Both the position numbers and the translations under genes were made by a program. This document shows, one piece after another, positions 1 to 9,421 of a DNA stretch of 32,000 nt. How positions within the stretch are numbered: position 1 is the first letter of the stretch; every line of letters begins with the position of its first letter. The stretch is from Peribacillus huizhouensis (GTDB lineage Bacteria; Bacillota; Bacilli; Bacillales; DSM-1321), in assembly GCF_014138605.1 (NCBI RefSeq), contig NZ_JACJHX010000008.1, forward strand, positions 155,933 through 187,932. Direction: 5' to 3'. The notes under the pieces were generated by a model. It saw only the letters and a program-made list of their open reading frames with translations. It did no database searches and was not told the origin of the DNA.

Positions 1-900
1 TTCAATGTGTTTCCAAGTGGTGCCCAGACTTATATTGGTGATAGTTGAAGATGCGACATTAAAATTTTTGGCGATTTGTTCATGTGTCAAATTTCCTTGA
101 ACAAGAAGTTTCTTAATTTCAGTAGCATCCTTATCTTTTAGTTTTCTGTATGATGTACTAATGGGAGTGTCAGTAGGGATATGACTAAAGTTCCTTCCTC
201 TGGATATGGCACTAACAGTAGTTATACCCACATTAAATATTTCAGCAATCTCTTTCTGTTTTAATTTCCCTTCTGCTAATAGGTTCTTTATCTGCTTACC
301 TCTTTCTTCTCTTTGTTGTATCCTTGCTTCAATGAAATTCTCTTCGAAGAGGTACTTCCACTTCCTCCCAGTTCCGATTTCATAAACTGCTATTGGAGAT
401 ATACCAAAGGTTTCAGCAATTTGACTACAAAACAGTCCTTCCTTCAAAAGCTCATGGATTTCAAGTACCTGTGAAGCAGTTAGTTTGGAACTACTACTGT
501 TCTCTCCTTGATTTGCTTCTCTTATTTTTCGTCTAGTTTCCTCTGTGACTAATCTGCCTATACCTGCTTCTGCTATCTTTTTCCTTGCTTCTTCTGTGTG
601 GGACCTTCCAAGCATTAAAGCACTTCCACCAAATGTCATGTTGTATCCATTGTTATAAGAATCATAGTGGTTAATCCAATACATTTCCTTCTCATTTAGC
701 TCATCAAGAGTATCTGCTTTATCAATGACTTTCCACTTGAATGATTCCTCACCATATCTTCTGATTGCTCGATGGAAAATAAATTCACTACCACTTCTAG
801 CATCTAACAAGTGTCTTTTCTTTCTTGTCTGTAATGTCCTTATTGTCAACCCAATATACACTTTACGATTAACTGTATTAGTTGCTTTATAAATAATCAA
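1..900 (-). CDS. GIY-YIG homing-endonuclease-like protein with NUMOD3-like and tandem HTH modules (partial, C-terminus beyond window edge)
   Basis: Absent from the ORF track because it runs off the window. My own minus-strand translation from TTG at 900 (AGGTGGA 6 nt upstream) stays open for 300 codons down to position 1. It reads MIIYKATNTVNRKVYIGLTIRTLQTRKKRHLLDARSGSEFIFHRAIRRYGEESFKWKVID..EKEMYWINHYDSYNNGYNMTFGG, giving the GIY..YIG, Arg, Glu and Asn motifs. This is followed by HTEEARKKIAEA and TEETRRKIREA (NUMOD3-like) and three HTH-like repeats (SQIAETFGISPIAVYEI, KEIAEIFNVGITTVSAI, EQIAKNFNVASSTITNI). Confidence 0.8.
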   Translation of the reverse strand, partial: MIIYKATNTVNRKVYIGLTIRTLQTRKKRHLLDARSGSEFIFHRAIRRYGEESFKWKVIDKADTLDELNEKEMYWINHYDSYNNGYNMTFGGSALMLGRSHTEEARKKIAEAGIGRLVTEETRRKIREANQGENSSSSKLTASQVLEIHELLKEGLFCSQIAETFGISPIAVYEIGTGRKWKYLFEENFIEARIQQREERGKQIKNLLAEGKLKQKEIAEIFNVGITTVSAISRGRNFSHIPTDTPISTSYRKLKDKDATEIKKLLVQGNLTHEQIAKNFNVASSTITNISLGTTWKHIE

Positions 901-933
901 TTAGCATCCACCTATTCTATAATAAACAGGACA

Positions 934-1521
934 TTAATCCCCTACACGTTCCCTTACAGCTCTATAAAGAGTTGCCCTGCTTATCTTGGTTATCTGTTCA
1001 ATCTCTTTCACAGTCATCTTATTGGTATTTCTATTATTAAATAACTCAAGGGCATACTGTAAACCACTGTTATTCTCCGTGTATTTCTTAGGTCTTCCTT
1101 TATAGACTCCTCTTCGCTTAGCTTCTTCAATGCCCTCCAATTGCCTTTCCTTAATCATATCAGCTTCAAATTCTGCGATACCAGATAATACTGTTATCAT
1201 TAACTTACCAATTGCTGTTCCTGTATCAATTTTATCTCCACCCATATTCAAGACAATAAGCGAAACACCTTTGCCTTTTAAGTACTCAATAGTGTTTAAA
1301 GCATCTTTGGTACTTCTAGCAAACCTATCTAACTTTGTAACAACAATGGTGTCACCTTCTAGCACTGTCTCAAGGAGTAGATTGAATTGCTCTCTTTCTT
1401 CTTTCTTCCTTCCACTGACCTTTTCTTTAAAAATAATGTCACATCCCGCTTCTTGCAGTTGTTTAATTTGTGCGGTTAGATTTTGACCTGCTGACGATAC
1501 ACGACCATACCCATATTTCAT
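934..1521 (-). CDS. serine recombinase (resolvase/invertase family)
   Basis: MKYGYGRVSSAGQNL carries the catalytic Ser motif. Also present: VVTKLDRFARS, GIAEFEADMIKERQLEGI and a C-terminal HTH (MTVKEIEQITKISRATLYRAV). ATG at 1521 is preceded by GAGGGGG; the track start at 1548 looks like an upstream extension. Confidence 0.9.
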   Translation of the reverse strand: MKYGYGRVSSAGQNLTAQIKQLQEAGCDIIFKEKVSGRKKEEREQFNLLLETVLEGDTIVVTKLDRFARSTKDALNTIEYLKGKGVSLIVLNMGGDKIDTGTAIGKLMITVLSGIAEFEADMIKERQLEGIEEAKRRGVYKGRPKKYTENNSGLQYALELFNNRNTNKMTVKEIEQITKISRATLYRAVRERVGD

Positions 1522-1741
1522 ATCAATTCCCCCTCTATTTCGACACATGTATATGAGACAACTTTAACCTAAGTATATCAATCTCCCAACATTGTATCAA
1601 TAGGGTGTACTTAAATGAAACATTATATTACTACTGGAAATTTAACTAACTATCATTTTGAACTAATCTCAAAAAATAAAACTTATATATCTGCTTTTAA
1701 TGTTAAAATTATCCTAAAAGTACTCTTAGGAGAGAAATAAC

Positions 1742-2560
1742 ATGAAACCAAATGAAGAAATTGTTTTACAAAATAAATTACTTATTAGACACGATTTAAT
1801 TGAAGAAGGACTAACATTAACTGAAAGAGAATCATTGATTCAGATGCGGAAAAGATGCGATATTTTATTTAAAGATAAAGAAGGAAGAAACCTTTATATC
1901 GAGGTGAAAGAAGTAGTAGACGACAAAGCTATCGAACAAATGTTAGGTTACAGAACATTTGTTAAAGACAATGATTCAAGGTTCATGTTGATAGCAAATT
2001 ATCCAATAAACGATAATTACCAATCAAAATTACACGAACTACAAATAGAGTATATGGCTAGAAATAAAAACGATATTCAAGTCCAGTTAAAGAATATAGT
2101 TGAAATACCAAAGGGAAATTCTAATTACCGTACTAAAGAAAATGTTATAAAGAAACTAAATAAACAAGGCACAATTGCAAGTGATATTTACAATTACATA
2201 GCTAACAACTTACATACTTTAAACACCTCGATTATCTGTAATATCTCAGATGGAATTATGTTTCAATTAGTACAATGTAATGAGAAATTTTTATCTATTT
2301 CAACCATCGGAAACCGCTTGCTATTTCATTTCCCTAATGGAAATCGTGATAGTATATACGCCAAATATAAAATTACAATTCCAGAACTATACCGTTACAA
2401 AGATAAGTATTTAGAGAATATTGATAAGGATAAATTTAAAGACAAAGAGCCTAATCAAATTGATATTAAATTAAAACATGTTATAAGTTTGGATTATATC
2501 AAACCACTTATTAATGAAGCATATAAACAGTCATTAATAAGCAGTCGGTCACACATCTAA
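1742..2560 (+). CDS. hypothetical protein with N-terminal NucS/DUF91-like PD-(D/E)xK nuclease-fold motif
   Basis: AGGAGAG RBS 8 nt before the ATG. The N-terminus LIEEGLTLTERESLIQMRKRCDILFKDKEGRNLYIEVKEVVDDKAIEQMLGYRTF matches the LIEEGL..RE..D(I/L)L..D..G..IEVK..Q..Y pattern of NucS C-terminal/DUF91 nucleases. I do not recognise the C-terminal ~170 aa. Confidence 0.55.
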   Translation: MKPNEEIVLQNKLLIRHDLIEEGLTLTERESLIQMRKRCDILFKDKEGRNLYIEVKEVVDDKAIEQMLGYRTFVKDNDSRFMLIANYPINDNYQSKLHELQIEYMARNKNDIQVQLKNIVEIPKGNSNYRTKENVIKKLNKQGTIASDIYNYIANNLHTLNTSIICNISDGIMFQLVQCNEKFLSISTIGNRLLFHFPNGNRDSIYAKYKITIPELYRYKDKYLENIDKDKFKDKEPNQIDIKLKHVISLDYIKPLINEAYKQSLISSRSHI

Positions 2561-2736
2561 ACAACATTAAAATAGTACAGAGTTTCCTAGTTATAAAAGG
2601 AAACTCTGTACTAACCCAAAATATTTATAAAGATATACTTCATTTTTCAAACGTTTAAAAAATTTCATCCGCTTTTACAATCAATAAAAACAACTAGTTT
2701 GACACTTCCTTAAAGGTATACCTTTTTAAACTTTAA

Positions 2737-3648
2737 TCAATGTCCAAATGGCTTTTCTTTTTCAACTGATACTGTTAAAGTTGGTAAACTCCCAACATTA
2801 TCTTCATATTCCGCTTTGTAAATAATACCGTTTTGAGTATAAGATAAAGTTTTTTCCTCTACAATTTTTCCATTACTTAAACCTAAATAGTTAATAGCAA
2901 TTTGTTCTTTATTCTCCCCTTTAGGGTCTGCTATTAATATTAGGTTAGCACCTGCTTGATAAACATCTATATAACCTGATTTATTGTCCGTTACATTTCC
3001 TATAACCACAGCATACGATACCTTACCAGTATCCTTTTCTGTGCTAGCACTAACATATAAAGAATTATTTACTTGTCCATCATAACGAATGCCAAAAGGA
3101 ATTTGGCTTTCTCTTTCATTTTTTATCATAAAATATGAATTATCATAATCATCAACAGATTCATTCCAATAATTACTAAAGGTTTTCCAATCCATATTAA
3201 AGATTGTATTTTCGTAGGTATTTTCTGTACTCTCTTCTTGCGCTACAACTTCCTCTTCATTTATTCCATCTTCTTTTTCAATTAAAGCTTCTAACTCTTG
3301 TTTGTAGGACTTAATTTTATTTGTCAAAGCTTTATCACTTATTCCAATTTCTTCAATTTTACCTAAAGAGTTATAAAAGGAAGCTTCTTTATCACTATCT
3401 GCCTTCATTTCTTGATAATCCTTTTGTATATATTCTAAAAGCACTTTTGAAATAGTTTTGTTTAATTCATCTTTCTTTTCCTTTGATGAATCGTTTGTCG
3501 CATCTTCATAGATTTTTTTTGCTGTAAAATAATCTTTTTCTTCAATTGATTCGACTACTTTTTTTGCAGAGTCTTTACTACTTGCGCCACAGCCACTTAA
3601 GATGACCAAGCTTATTCCTAAAATAATAAATAAGAAATTCCTTTGCAT
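2737..3648 (-). CDS. secreted lipoprotein, unknown function
   Basis: ATG at 3648 with GGAGTGGAGAAGG upstream. The signal peptide MQRNFLFIILGISLVILSGC has a canonical lipobox (LSGC). The track start at 3759 is probably an extension. The C-terminal domain is paralogous to 17068-17649. Confidence 0.75.
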   Translation of the reverse strand: MQRNFLFIILGISLVILSGCGASSKDSAKKVVESIEEKDYFTAKKIYEDATNDSSKEKKDELNKTISKVLLEYIQKDYQEMKADSDKEASFYNSLGKIEEIGISDKALTNKIKSYKQELEALIEKEDGINEEEVVAQEESTENTYENTIFNMDWKTFSNYWNESVDDYDNSYFMIKNERESQIPFGIRYDGQVNNSLYVSASTEKDTGKVSYAVVIGNVTDNKSGYIDVYQAGANLILIADPKGENKEQIAINYLGLSNGKIVEEKTLSYTQNGIIYKAEYEDNVGSLPTLTVSVEKEKPFGH

Positions 3649-4061
3649 CCTTCTCCACTCCCCTATTAAACTATATATGTAATCTAGGATAATTTTACCA
3701 TTTGAAAGCAAATTAAAATAGATATATAAGCCCGTGTCGAAAGTTAAAAAATTGCACACGAAACAAGCATGTCAATAAACATACTTTTATGATTATTTTT
3801 ATCAATTATACGTAATGAAATATTTAACATCTGTAGGAGTGGAACACTTATTTTTCGAGTTTATCGTTCATTTGATAAATCCTCTCTTTTATACAGAAAA
3901 ACCCCATCATAGAAATGGGGTTTCAATCTACTTGCTTTGTGTTTGGAATGCTTGATTAGCATTATATGGTATTTGTGTTTTTTATATAAGGTTAATCGAA
4001 AATTCCAAAGTCCTCATATTTTTGTTTTAATAACGTTTCATTAAATTATCGCAAAACCCTT

Positions 4062-5318
4062 TTATTTAAAAGTGTGGCCGTAGTATTCTTGCAACTTCTC
4101 ATATGCTTTTGCGTATAATTCCAAATACATAAATTCCTTGTTTTTATCCCATTTATTTTTGTCATCGTAAGGGTCGTTCTCAACACTTATAACTTTCCTT
4201 TTTCCACCGTAATCTTCAATTGATTCCTTCACTACCTTTATAGGTGTGTTGAATCTCTCTTGCCTTTTTTTCGCTAACCCAACTACATAATCGTTTCTTG
4301 TTTTATGAAAATCGTTTCTGTTCTCTAAAAAATACTGAATCTCGTTACTGTTATAAAATTCAATTGCTTCACGATTATTTTTCTCTAACCATTTGATAAT
4401 CGGATTCTTTCCTGCACGTAAAAATATTGCATGCGCTGTATAAGCTAATACCAGATATAAACGTTCACCGCTTTCATCCGTAATTCTGTTTAATCTGTAT
4501 TTATACTCTTTCCAGTATTCTTGTACAATCTTCATATTTTTAAGGTTGTGAATTTCCTTCAATGAAAGGTGCTTGTATTTGTCTTGGTTTTGCAGTTCTC
4601 TCTGCATTAAAGAAATTTCCCCTACGACATAAGATGATAGCTCAGGATATTCATATCTATAAGAAATGGATTGCTCCGTTTCTCCGCTCTCATCGTCCCA
4701 ACTTTCTGATATAACTGGAATTTTACATTTTCCCATTTCATACGGTACATGTGTGATTATTTTTGCTTTATTTAACCTTGCAACCACCGCCATAAAATAA
4801 TCGTTCAATCTTTGAATCTCTCTTACTACGTAATCTTCAACAACATCATCATAACCTTTTTTAACGACCTCATTTTCAACTAATCTATTAGTCTCGGCTT
4901 CTAACACCCTTGAATCATATTTCAATTTTCTTGCTTCAAACATTTCTTTAGTAATAAAACCCATATCCAATAACCATTTTGGGATTGTTTGTGGCTTCTC
5001 ACTTTGATGCGTTTCTAAATACTCTAACATCATAATTGGAAATGCTTGCTCATACTTCAATGGCACTTGCCCCTTTCCGTTATTTACACGTTTATCTTTA
5101 CGGTCAGCTTCAACATCACGTTTTGCACCCAATATGTATTTAGTCTTCTTTCCACCCTTACCTATCGTCTCAACACTTTCATATCTTTGGTCTAAATCCG
5201 TAACAAATCGATTAAATATATTTATCATCAACTTATTATTTTTAGCCATATGCTCCTTGATTATGTCGTCACCTTCGATTGCTACAATTTCTTCCTGTGT
5301 AAATTCTGTTTTATTCAC
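4062..5318 (-). CDS. hypothetical protein (418 aa), no recognisable family
   Basis: Long open frame with a GTG start and AAAGGAG about 10 nt upstream. Composition is charged and protein-like. I could not find any catalytic or binding motif. Confidence 0.7.
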   Translation of the reverse strand: MNKTEFTQEEIVAIEGDDIIKEHMAKNNKLMINIFNRFVTDLDQRYESVETIGKGGKKTKYILGAKRDVEADRKDKRVNNGKGQVPLKYEQAFPIMMLEYLETHQSEKPQTIPKWLLDMGFITKEMFEARKLKYDSRVLEAETNRLVENEVVKKGYDDVVEDYVVREIQRLNDYFMAVVARLNKAKIITHVPYEMGKCKIPVISESWDDESGETEQSISYRYEYPELSSYVVGEISLMQRELQNQDKYKHLSLKEIHNLKNMKIVQEYWKEYKYRLNRITDESGERLYLVLAYTAHAIFLRAGKNPIIKWLEKNNREAIEFYNSNEIQYFLENRNDFHKTRNDYVVGLAKKRQERFNTPIKVVKESIEDYGGKRKVISVENDPYDDKNKWDKNKEFMYLELYAKAYEKLQEYYGHTFK

Positions 5319-5900
5319 TTAAAACAAACTCCTTTTATTTTGAAATTCATACTTTCTTAAAAAAGATACATAATTGCCTTATGATAATATATATAATTTA
5401 TTATAGGTCGATATTGTATCTTTTTTCTTCCTTAACCAAAACCCAAGCCGTTAAATCTCCGCTATCGCTCCGATTCACCGACTCCACATCCACAACTTCG
5501 TTGTGTCTGTGCAACAAATACTTTTCTTTCACATTAACAATTGAGTGGAGGAGCGAGCTGTTAAGCTTGCTTTTGAAAATCAACCTCATGGAGTTATCAA
5601 CGAAACGGAATAGCGTAATGAGTGGATTTGCCTTTCATCAATTTATTACCTATTTAATTTATCTTAAATACCCACCTGATAATCCCTCACCTTCAAATAT
5701 AAATGGTTTCTCATATCAAAAGACCACAGATATGTCAACCATTTATATTTAAATTATACCATATTTTTTTATTCCAGTCCAAAAACCTCTTAATTAGTAC
5801 GTTAATTCATTAAAGTGTCGTATCTTTATTTTGATTTTCCTACAAAACAAAAAAAACAGAAAATCGGTCTTTATTATCGAAATAGTTCTTGTTTGTCTAT

Positions 5901-6205
5901 GGAGTGATGAAATGGAGTTTCAACCACAAGTGGGAGCTCTAATATGCTTATCATCACAAATAGCATTTCAAGTGAGGCCGATGGAAGTGCCACTCATTGA
6001 TTCTGAAGGGGAAACCCATGTTATGGTGATAAGCGCCCCGACACATCAAGAAACACACCCATTATTAGTGAGCGCGTTTCTTTGCATCTTAATGCGAGGG
6101 AAAATCCTTAGACTCTTCGTTCTCTCTTCTTTCTTTGACTTTCTGAATACTTGGCTAGATTTTATAAGAAGGAGCAGAAAACGAGGTTGCAGCCGCTAGT
6201 ATTTA
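5901..6205. repeat. long copy of a modular dispersed repeat, RNA-like (GC-richer, helix-rich), non-coding
   Basis: Contains module X (GGAGTGATGAAATGGAGTTTCAACCACAAGTG, 5901-5932) and module Y (ATGGTGATAAGCGCCCCGACACATCAAGAAACACACCCATTATTAGTGAG, about 6023-6072). A second X-like module is GGAGCAGAAAACGAGGTTGCAGCCGCTAG (6171-6199). Related modules recur at 18928-19092 and 22603-22695. The ORF at 5831..6199 is not protein-like. Confidence 0.6.
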
Positions 6206-6331
6206 CAAATTCATTAAAGGACTCGCTTTAAAGCTGCTTTAAAACCTTTTTTATAATCTTTTAATTAAAGTAGCGCTTCATATTTAAACTAGCTCTTTCA
6301 AATTAAGTAATAGTTTTTTATAGTAGATAGC

Positions 6332-6479
6332 TTACAAATAAGAACGAAGGTTTTTTACTAGCTCATCAACATCTAAATGCAAATATTTAGTTGTTACCGA
6401 AATATCACTATGACCTAAAGCCTTTGAAATCACAGCAACATTCGCCCCTTTATCTAACAAGGATTTAGCAAAACCTCTT
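6332..6479 (-). pseudogene. tyrosine recombinase/integrase C-terminal remnant
   Basis: The minus-strand translation gives RGFAKSLLDKGANVAVISKALGHSDISVTTKYLHLDVDELVKNLRSYL*. This is the conserved C-terminal box II region (LGHSD..TT..Y.H with the catalytic Tyr). No upstream continuation exists beyond 6480. Confidence 0.75.
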
Positions 6480-6845
6480 CAATATTTAGATACAACGCTT
6501 AATAAATATTTTCAAAGGGACTGAAGCAGCCACTATTAGTAAAAACATATTTACAGTCTGGTGTGAGACATACATAGACTTATAAGCATTTTGTGAAATG
6601 CAGCTTTTAGTTGTCTTCAGATAGAATGTCAACTTTGGTAATAATGCAGTTTCGCAATACTTTATGTCACAGAATCTTATGTGTCATCAATTGAGGTTCA
6701 GAAACTGATTTCTTTAAAATTTGGTAATATAAGTAAAAAATTGTATTAATTGATATTTCCAAATACGACATAACTTTATCAATCCCAAAAATCCCTATTA
6801 CAATTTCTACCGTATTAAAATATATATGTATTTTTTCTAAATTAA

Positions 6846-6876
6846 ACACCTCGCCAGATTGACGAGGTGTTTTTTC
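6846..6876. terminator. stem-loop terminator downstream of the methyltransferase gene (bidirectional-looking)
   Basis: ACACCTCG (6846-6853) pairs with CGAGGTGT (6863-6870) around a 9-nt loop. It has a TTTTTC run on the + side and a TTTAATTT run on the - side. It lies immediately after the MTase stop at 6877-6879. Confidence 0.6.
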
Positions 6877-8289
6877 TTAGTTTTTATATTCTAACTTCTT
6901 TTCAGCATCCACTTTAGAAGGTTTAGAAAATTCTTTATTTACCATTTCTTGTTTTAATAAACCGATTCGTTTAGTTACTGCTTCTTGTTGCATTTCAAGT
7001 TTATTTATTTCCCCTTCATAATGTTCAGGAACTGATAATAGCTGAGTTTCCCCTAGATAAATTTCTTTAATTTTATTACCCATCTTTTCAATAAGCCCGA
7101 CCACTAATGCATTTCCCATACAGAAGTAACGCATTCTTTCTGGCATAGTATTAGTCCAATTAGGAGGAAAATCATTTAGTATTTCACATTCAATTGGTGT
7201 TAGTATTCTTAATCTTCCAGTATCCAAATCCGACACTACGTGAGTACTTCTGTTTTTAGTACCTTCACTAGTTAACATCGTTCTTCCAGGGCTGTCCAAA
7301 TCATCTGGAAAATTCATACCTCCTTCGGAATAAGTATACACATGGCCCGATTGAGAAGTTCTCTCTATTTTCTTCGACCCTTTTAAATATTTAAAGTGTT
7401 CAAGTGCCGTTTTCCCATTTTTCCCAACTTTATCTATATCTAAATAATACCTTTCATCTATTACTTGTCCATACTCTTTTGCTTCTCTTAATACTTGTCC
7501 CAATGTTTTTGAAGGAATAGTCTTAGGAATTACTTCTTCAGTATAGAAATTTCCGTTTCTCATTATTCCAGAGTTTCTAAAATTAGCTGTAAATGTATCT
7601 GACACCTCTACAATATCAAGAGGTAGTGTATCGTCAGAAACTGGATGTTTTAAAGAAGTGCCTTCCAATGGAAACTCTGACGCAAAGAAACCTTTTTCAT
7701 GAATTAATTCTTGTGGAGAATAGCCAGATTCTTCTTGTTTTTTTGCAAATTGTGTTTCATTTTTATAGGCAAAAATAAATACTCTTCTCCTCTTTTGTGC
7801 CATACCATAATCTGCTGCATTAATCATTCGCCATTCAACGCTATATCCTAAATCTCTAAAGCTTGCTAACATAACAGCAAAGTCTCTCCCCTTTCGTTTT
7901 GAAGGAGACTTTAATAATCGGTCAACATTTTCCAAGAGGACAAACGATGGAGTATTCATTCTTATAATATCCATTATTTCCCAAAATAAAACACCCTTTT
8001 TTCCTTGAATACCCGCTTCCCCATTTAATGTACGTGCGACAGAGTAATCTTGGCACGGAAATCCCCCTACTAATAAATCATGTTTAGGAATTTCATATTT
8101 TGCTATTGCGATATCTTCATTACTATGGAAGCCTCTATCTTCAAAGCGTTTATCATAGCAATTGAAGGCGTGTTGTGTCTTATGTGATGGTTCCCATTGG
8201 TTTCCCCAAAGGACATTGAATCCTTCATTTCGTTCTAAACCTAATCGGAATCCTCCTACTCCTGCAAAAAGTTCTACTACATCTATCAT
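6877..8289 (-). CDS. DNA (cytosine-5)-methyltransferase, Sau3AI-methylase-like subfamily
   Basis: All canonical C5-MTase motifs are present: VVELFAGVGGFRLGL (I), GGFPCQDYS (IV), LLENVDRLL (VI), QKRRRVFIF (VIII), MGNALVVGL (X). The NQWEPS, GIQGKKGVLFW and RLLKSPS..RGRDFAVML strings resemble what I recall of M.Sau3AI-type enzymes; that is recollection, not a search. Confidence 0.95.
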   Translation of the reverse strand: MIDVVELFAGVGGFRLGLERNEGFNVLWGNQWEPSHKTQHAFNCYDKRFEDRGFHSNEDIAIAKYEIPKHDLLVGGFPCQDYSVARTLNGEAGIQGKKGVLFWEIMDIIRMNTPSFVLLENVDRLLKSPSKRKGRDFAVMLASFRDLGYSVEWRMINAADYGMAQKRRRVFIFAYKNETQFAKKQEESGYSPQELIHEKGFFASEFPLEGTSLKHPVSDDTLPLDIVEVSDTFTANFRNSGIMRNGNFYTEEVIPKTIPSKTLGQVLREAKEYGQVIDERYYLDIDKVGKNGKTALEHFKYLKGSKKIERTSQSGHVYTYSEGGMNFPDDLDSPGRTMLTSEGTKNRSTHVVSDLDTGRLRILTPIECEILNDFPPNWTNTMPERMRYFCMGNALVVGLIEKMGNKIKEIYLGETQLLSVPEHYEGEINKLEMQQEAVTKRIGLLKQEMVNKEFSKPSKVDAEKKLEYKN

Positions 8290-8575
8290 AAAAATAAGGA
8301 CATCCTTTCGATATATATTTATCTAATTATTATTATAATAAATACTTAAATAAAGATCAACCATAATAACTATGGTAAATGAGGGCATATAATAACTCCC
8401 AAAATAAAATTTCAAAACAGATTCTACTATAATAAGACATTTTTATTATTCTTTATCTCTATGAAAAAGAAAAACATGAACTTGATTATACCATATTCAC
8501 TCAAGATTATTTCAACTTCCAGAATAGGGAGATTCAAAAAATCACAATGACTTATAAACATAAATATTAATTATT

Positions 8576-8610
8576 AAAAAGAATAGAGGTTAACCCTCTA
8601 CTCTTTTTCT
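8576..8610. terminator. stem-loop terminator downstream of the recombinase pseudogene
   Basis: TAGAGG (8584-8589), loop TTAAC, then CCTCTA (8595-8600). An A-run lies upstream and a T-run downstream, so it is usable on either strand. Confidence 0.5.
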
Positions 8611-8745
8611 TCATATTTAGTAATATTATTATATCAGTAGTCTGAATCTCATTTCTTATATCCTATAAATCAATTTGAATTTATTAGTGATGGTCAACTG
8701 TTAATAAAACTCATTATTTTCATCGTAAATCTATTACATAGAAAC

Positions 8746-9360
8746 TCATTTTTTCCCCTCGTATTCCTTCACTTTTCTGTAAAATGTAGCCTTAGACATT
8801 CCCATTGTCTCCATAAATTTCACCGCTGATATCTCCCCTGCTTTCCACTGACTGTAATACTTTTTCCATTCTGTTGGTATTGCTACTGCCGGCCTTCCGA
8901 ACTTGACTCCATTCTTCATTGCTATTGCGATACCCTCTGCCGGCCTTGTCTTTATTCCTTCTCTTTCCTTCTCAGCAAATGCAGTAAGCAATGTAAGGAT
9001 GATTTTTTGAATTGCCTGTTTCATAATGTCGTCCTGCTAGTTACTTGTATTAATCATAGGCTCTTTTATGAAACAAAGCTTGACACCATTTTTAACAAAC
9101 CAATCATATTCAATTAATGTCTCATTCATATTTCTACCCATTCGAGAGATAGAATCAAATACGACTGTATCCCCTTCACGAACCATCTGCTTAAGTAGTA
9201 GATACTTAGGTCTTACAAAGTCTTTTCCGCTTGCCTTATCGATAAAAATATCACGTTCACCTATTCCTTTGTCTTTCATTGTCTCAACTTGTCTTGCCTC
9301 GTTCTGCTCCTTAGAGGATACACGAACAGAGGTTAGTTTCATAGCAACTGACAATAACAT
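8746..9360 (-). pseudogene. serine recombinase inactivated by one in-frame amber codon
   Basis: ORFs 9037..9360 (VRVSSKEQNEARQ, catalytic Ser region) and 8746..9024 (FAEKEREGIKTRPAEGIAIA plus HTH MSKATFYRKV) share one frame. They are separated only by TAG at 9037-9039: ..INTSN*QDDIMKQAIQ... No convincing RBS precedes either candidate start. Confidence 0.85.
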
Positions 9361-9421
9361 ACTTGATTAAATAAATTACAAATAAGCTACCGCTAGTTTT
9401 ACAGACTTATGGTAGCTTATT

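Noticed and set aside
1549-1741. A res site for the first resolvase in the divergent intergenic region (GTATATGA / GTATATCA / TTGTATCAATA repeats).
   Set aside because: Only short, loosely similar direct repeats are visible, with no clear inverted-repeat subsite like the one at 20381-20418.
5381-6199. ORFs 5381..5752, 5401..5589 and 5831..6199 as protein-coding genes.
   Set aside because: The translations are not protein-like (Cys/Leu/Ser-rich, no motifs), and none has an RBS. 5831..6199 coincides with the RNA-like repeat element. The GC-richer stretch at about 5440-5700 remains unexplained, but I cannot support a feature call.
5901-6205. Interpreting the recurring GGAGC.G.AAAACG.AG.TT.CA.CCGC motif as CRISPR repeats, or the element as tRNA, tmRNA, RNase P or a group II intron.
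   Set aside because: The motif copies have irregular spacing (about 57 nt in one locus and about 270 nt in another), so they do not form an array. No cas genes are present. The sequence does not match the consensus ends or domains of those RNA classes as far as I can recall them. It needs an Rfam scan.
6667-6849. The 60-aa ORF downstream of the methyltransferase as a small membrane or toxin peptide.
   Set aside because: Its start overlaps the terminator hairpin at 6846-6870, it has no RBS, and the peptide is typical AT-rich noise.
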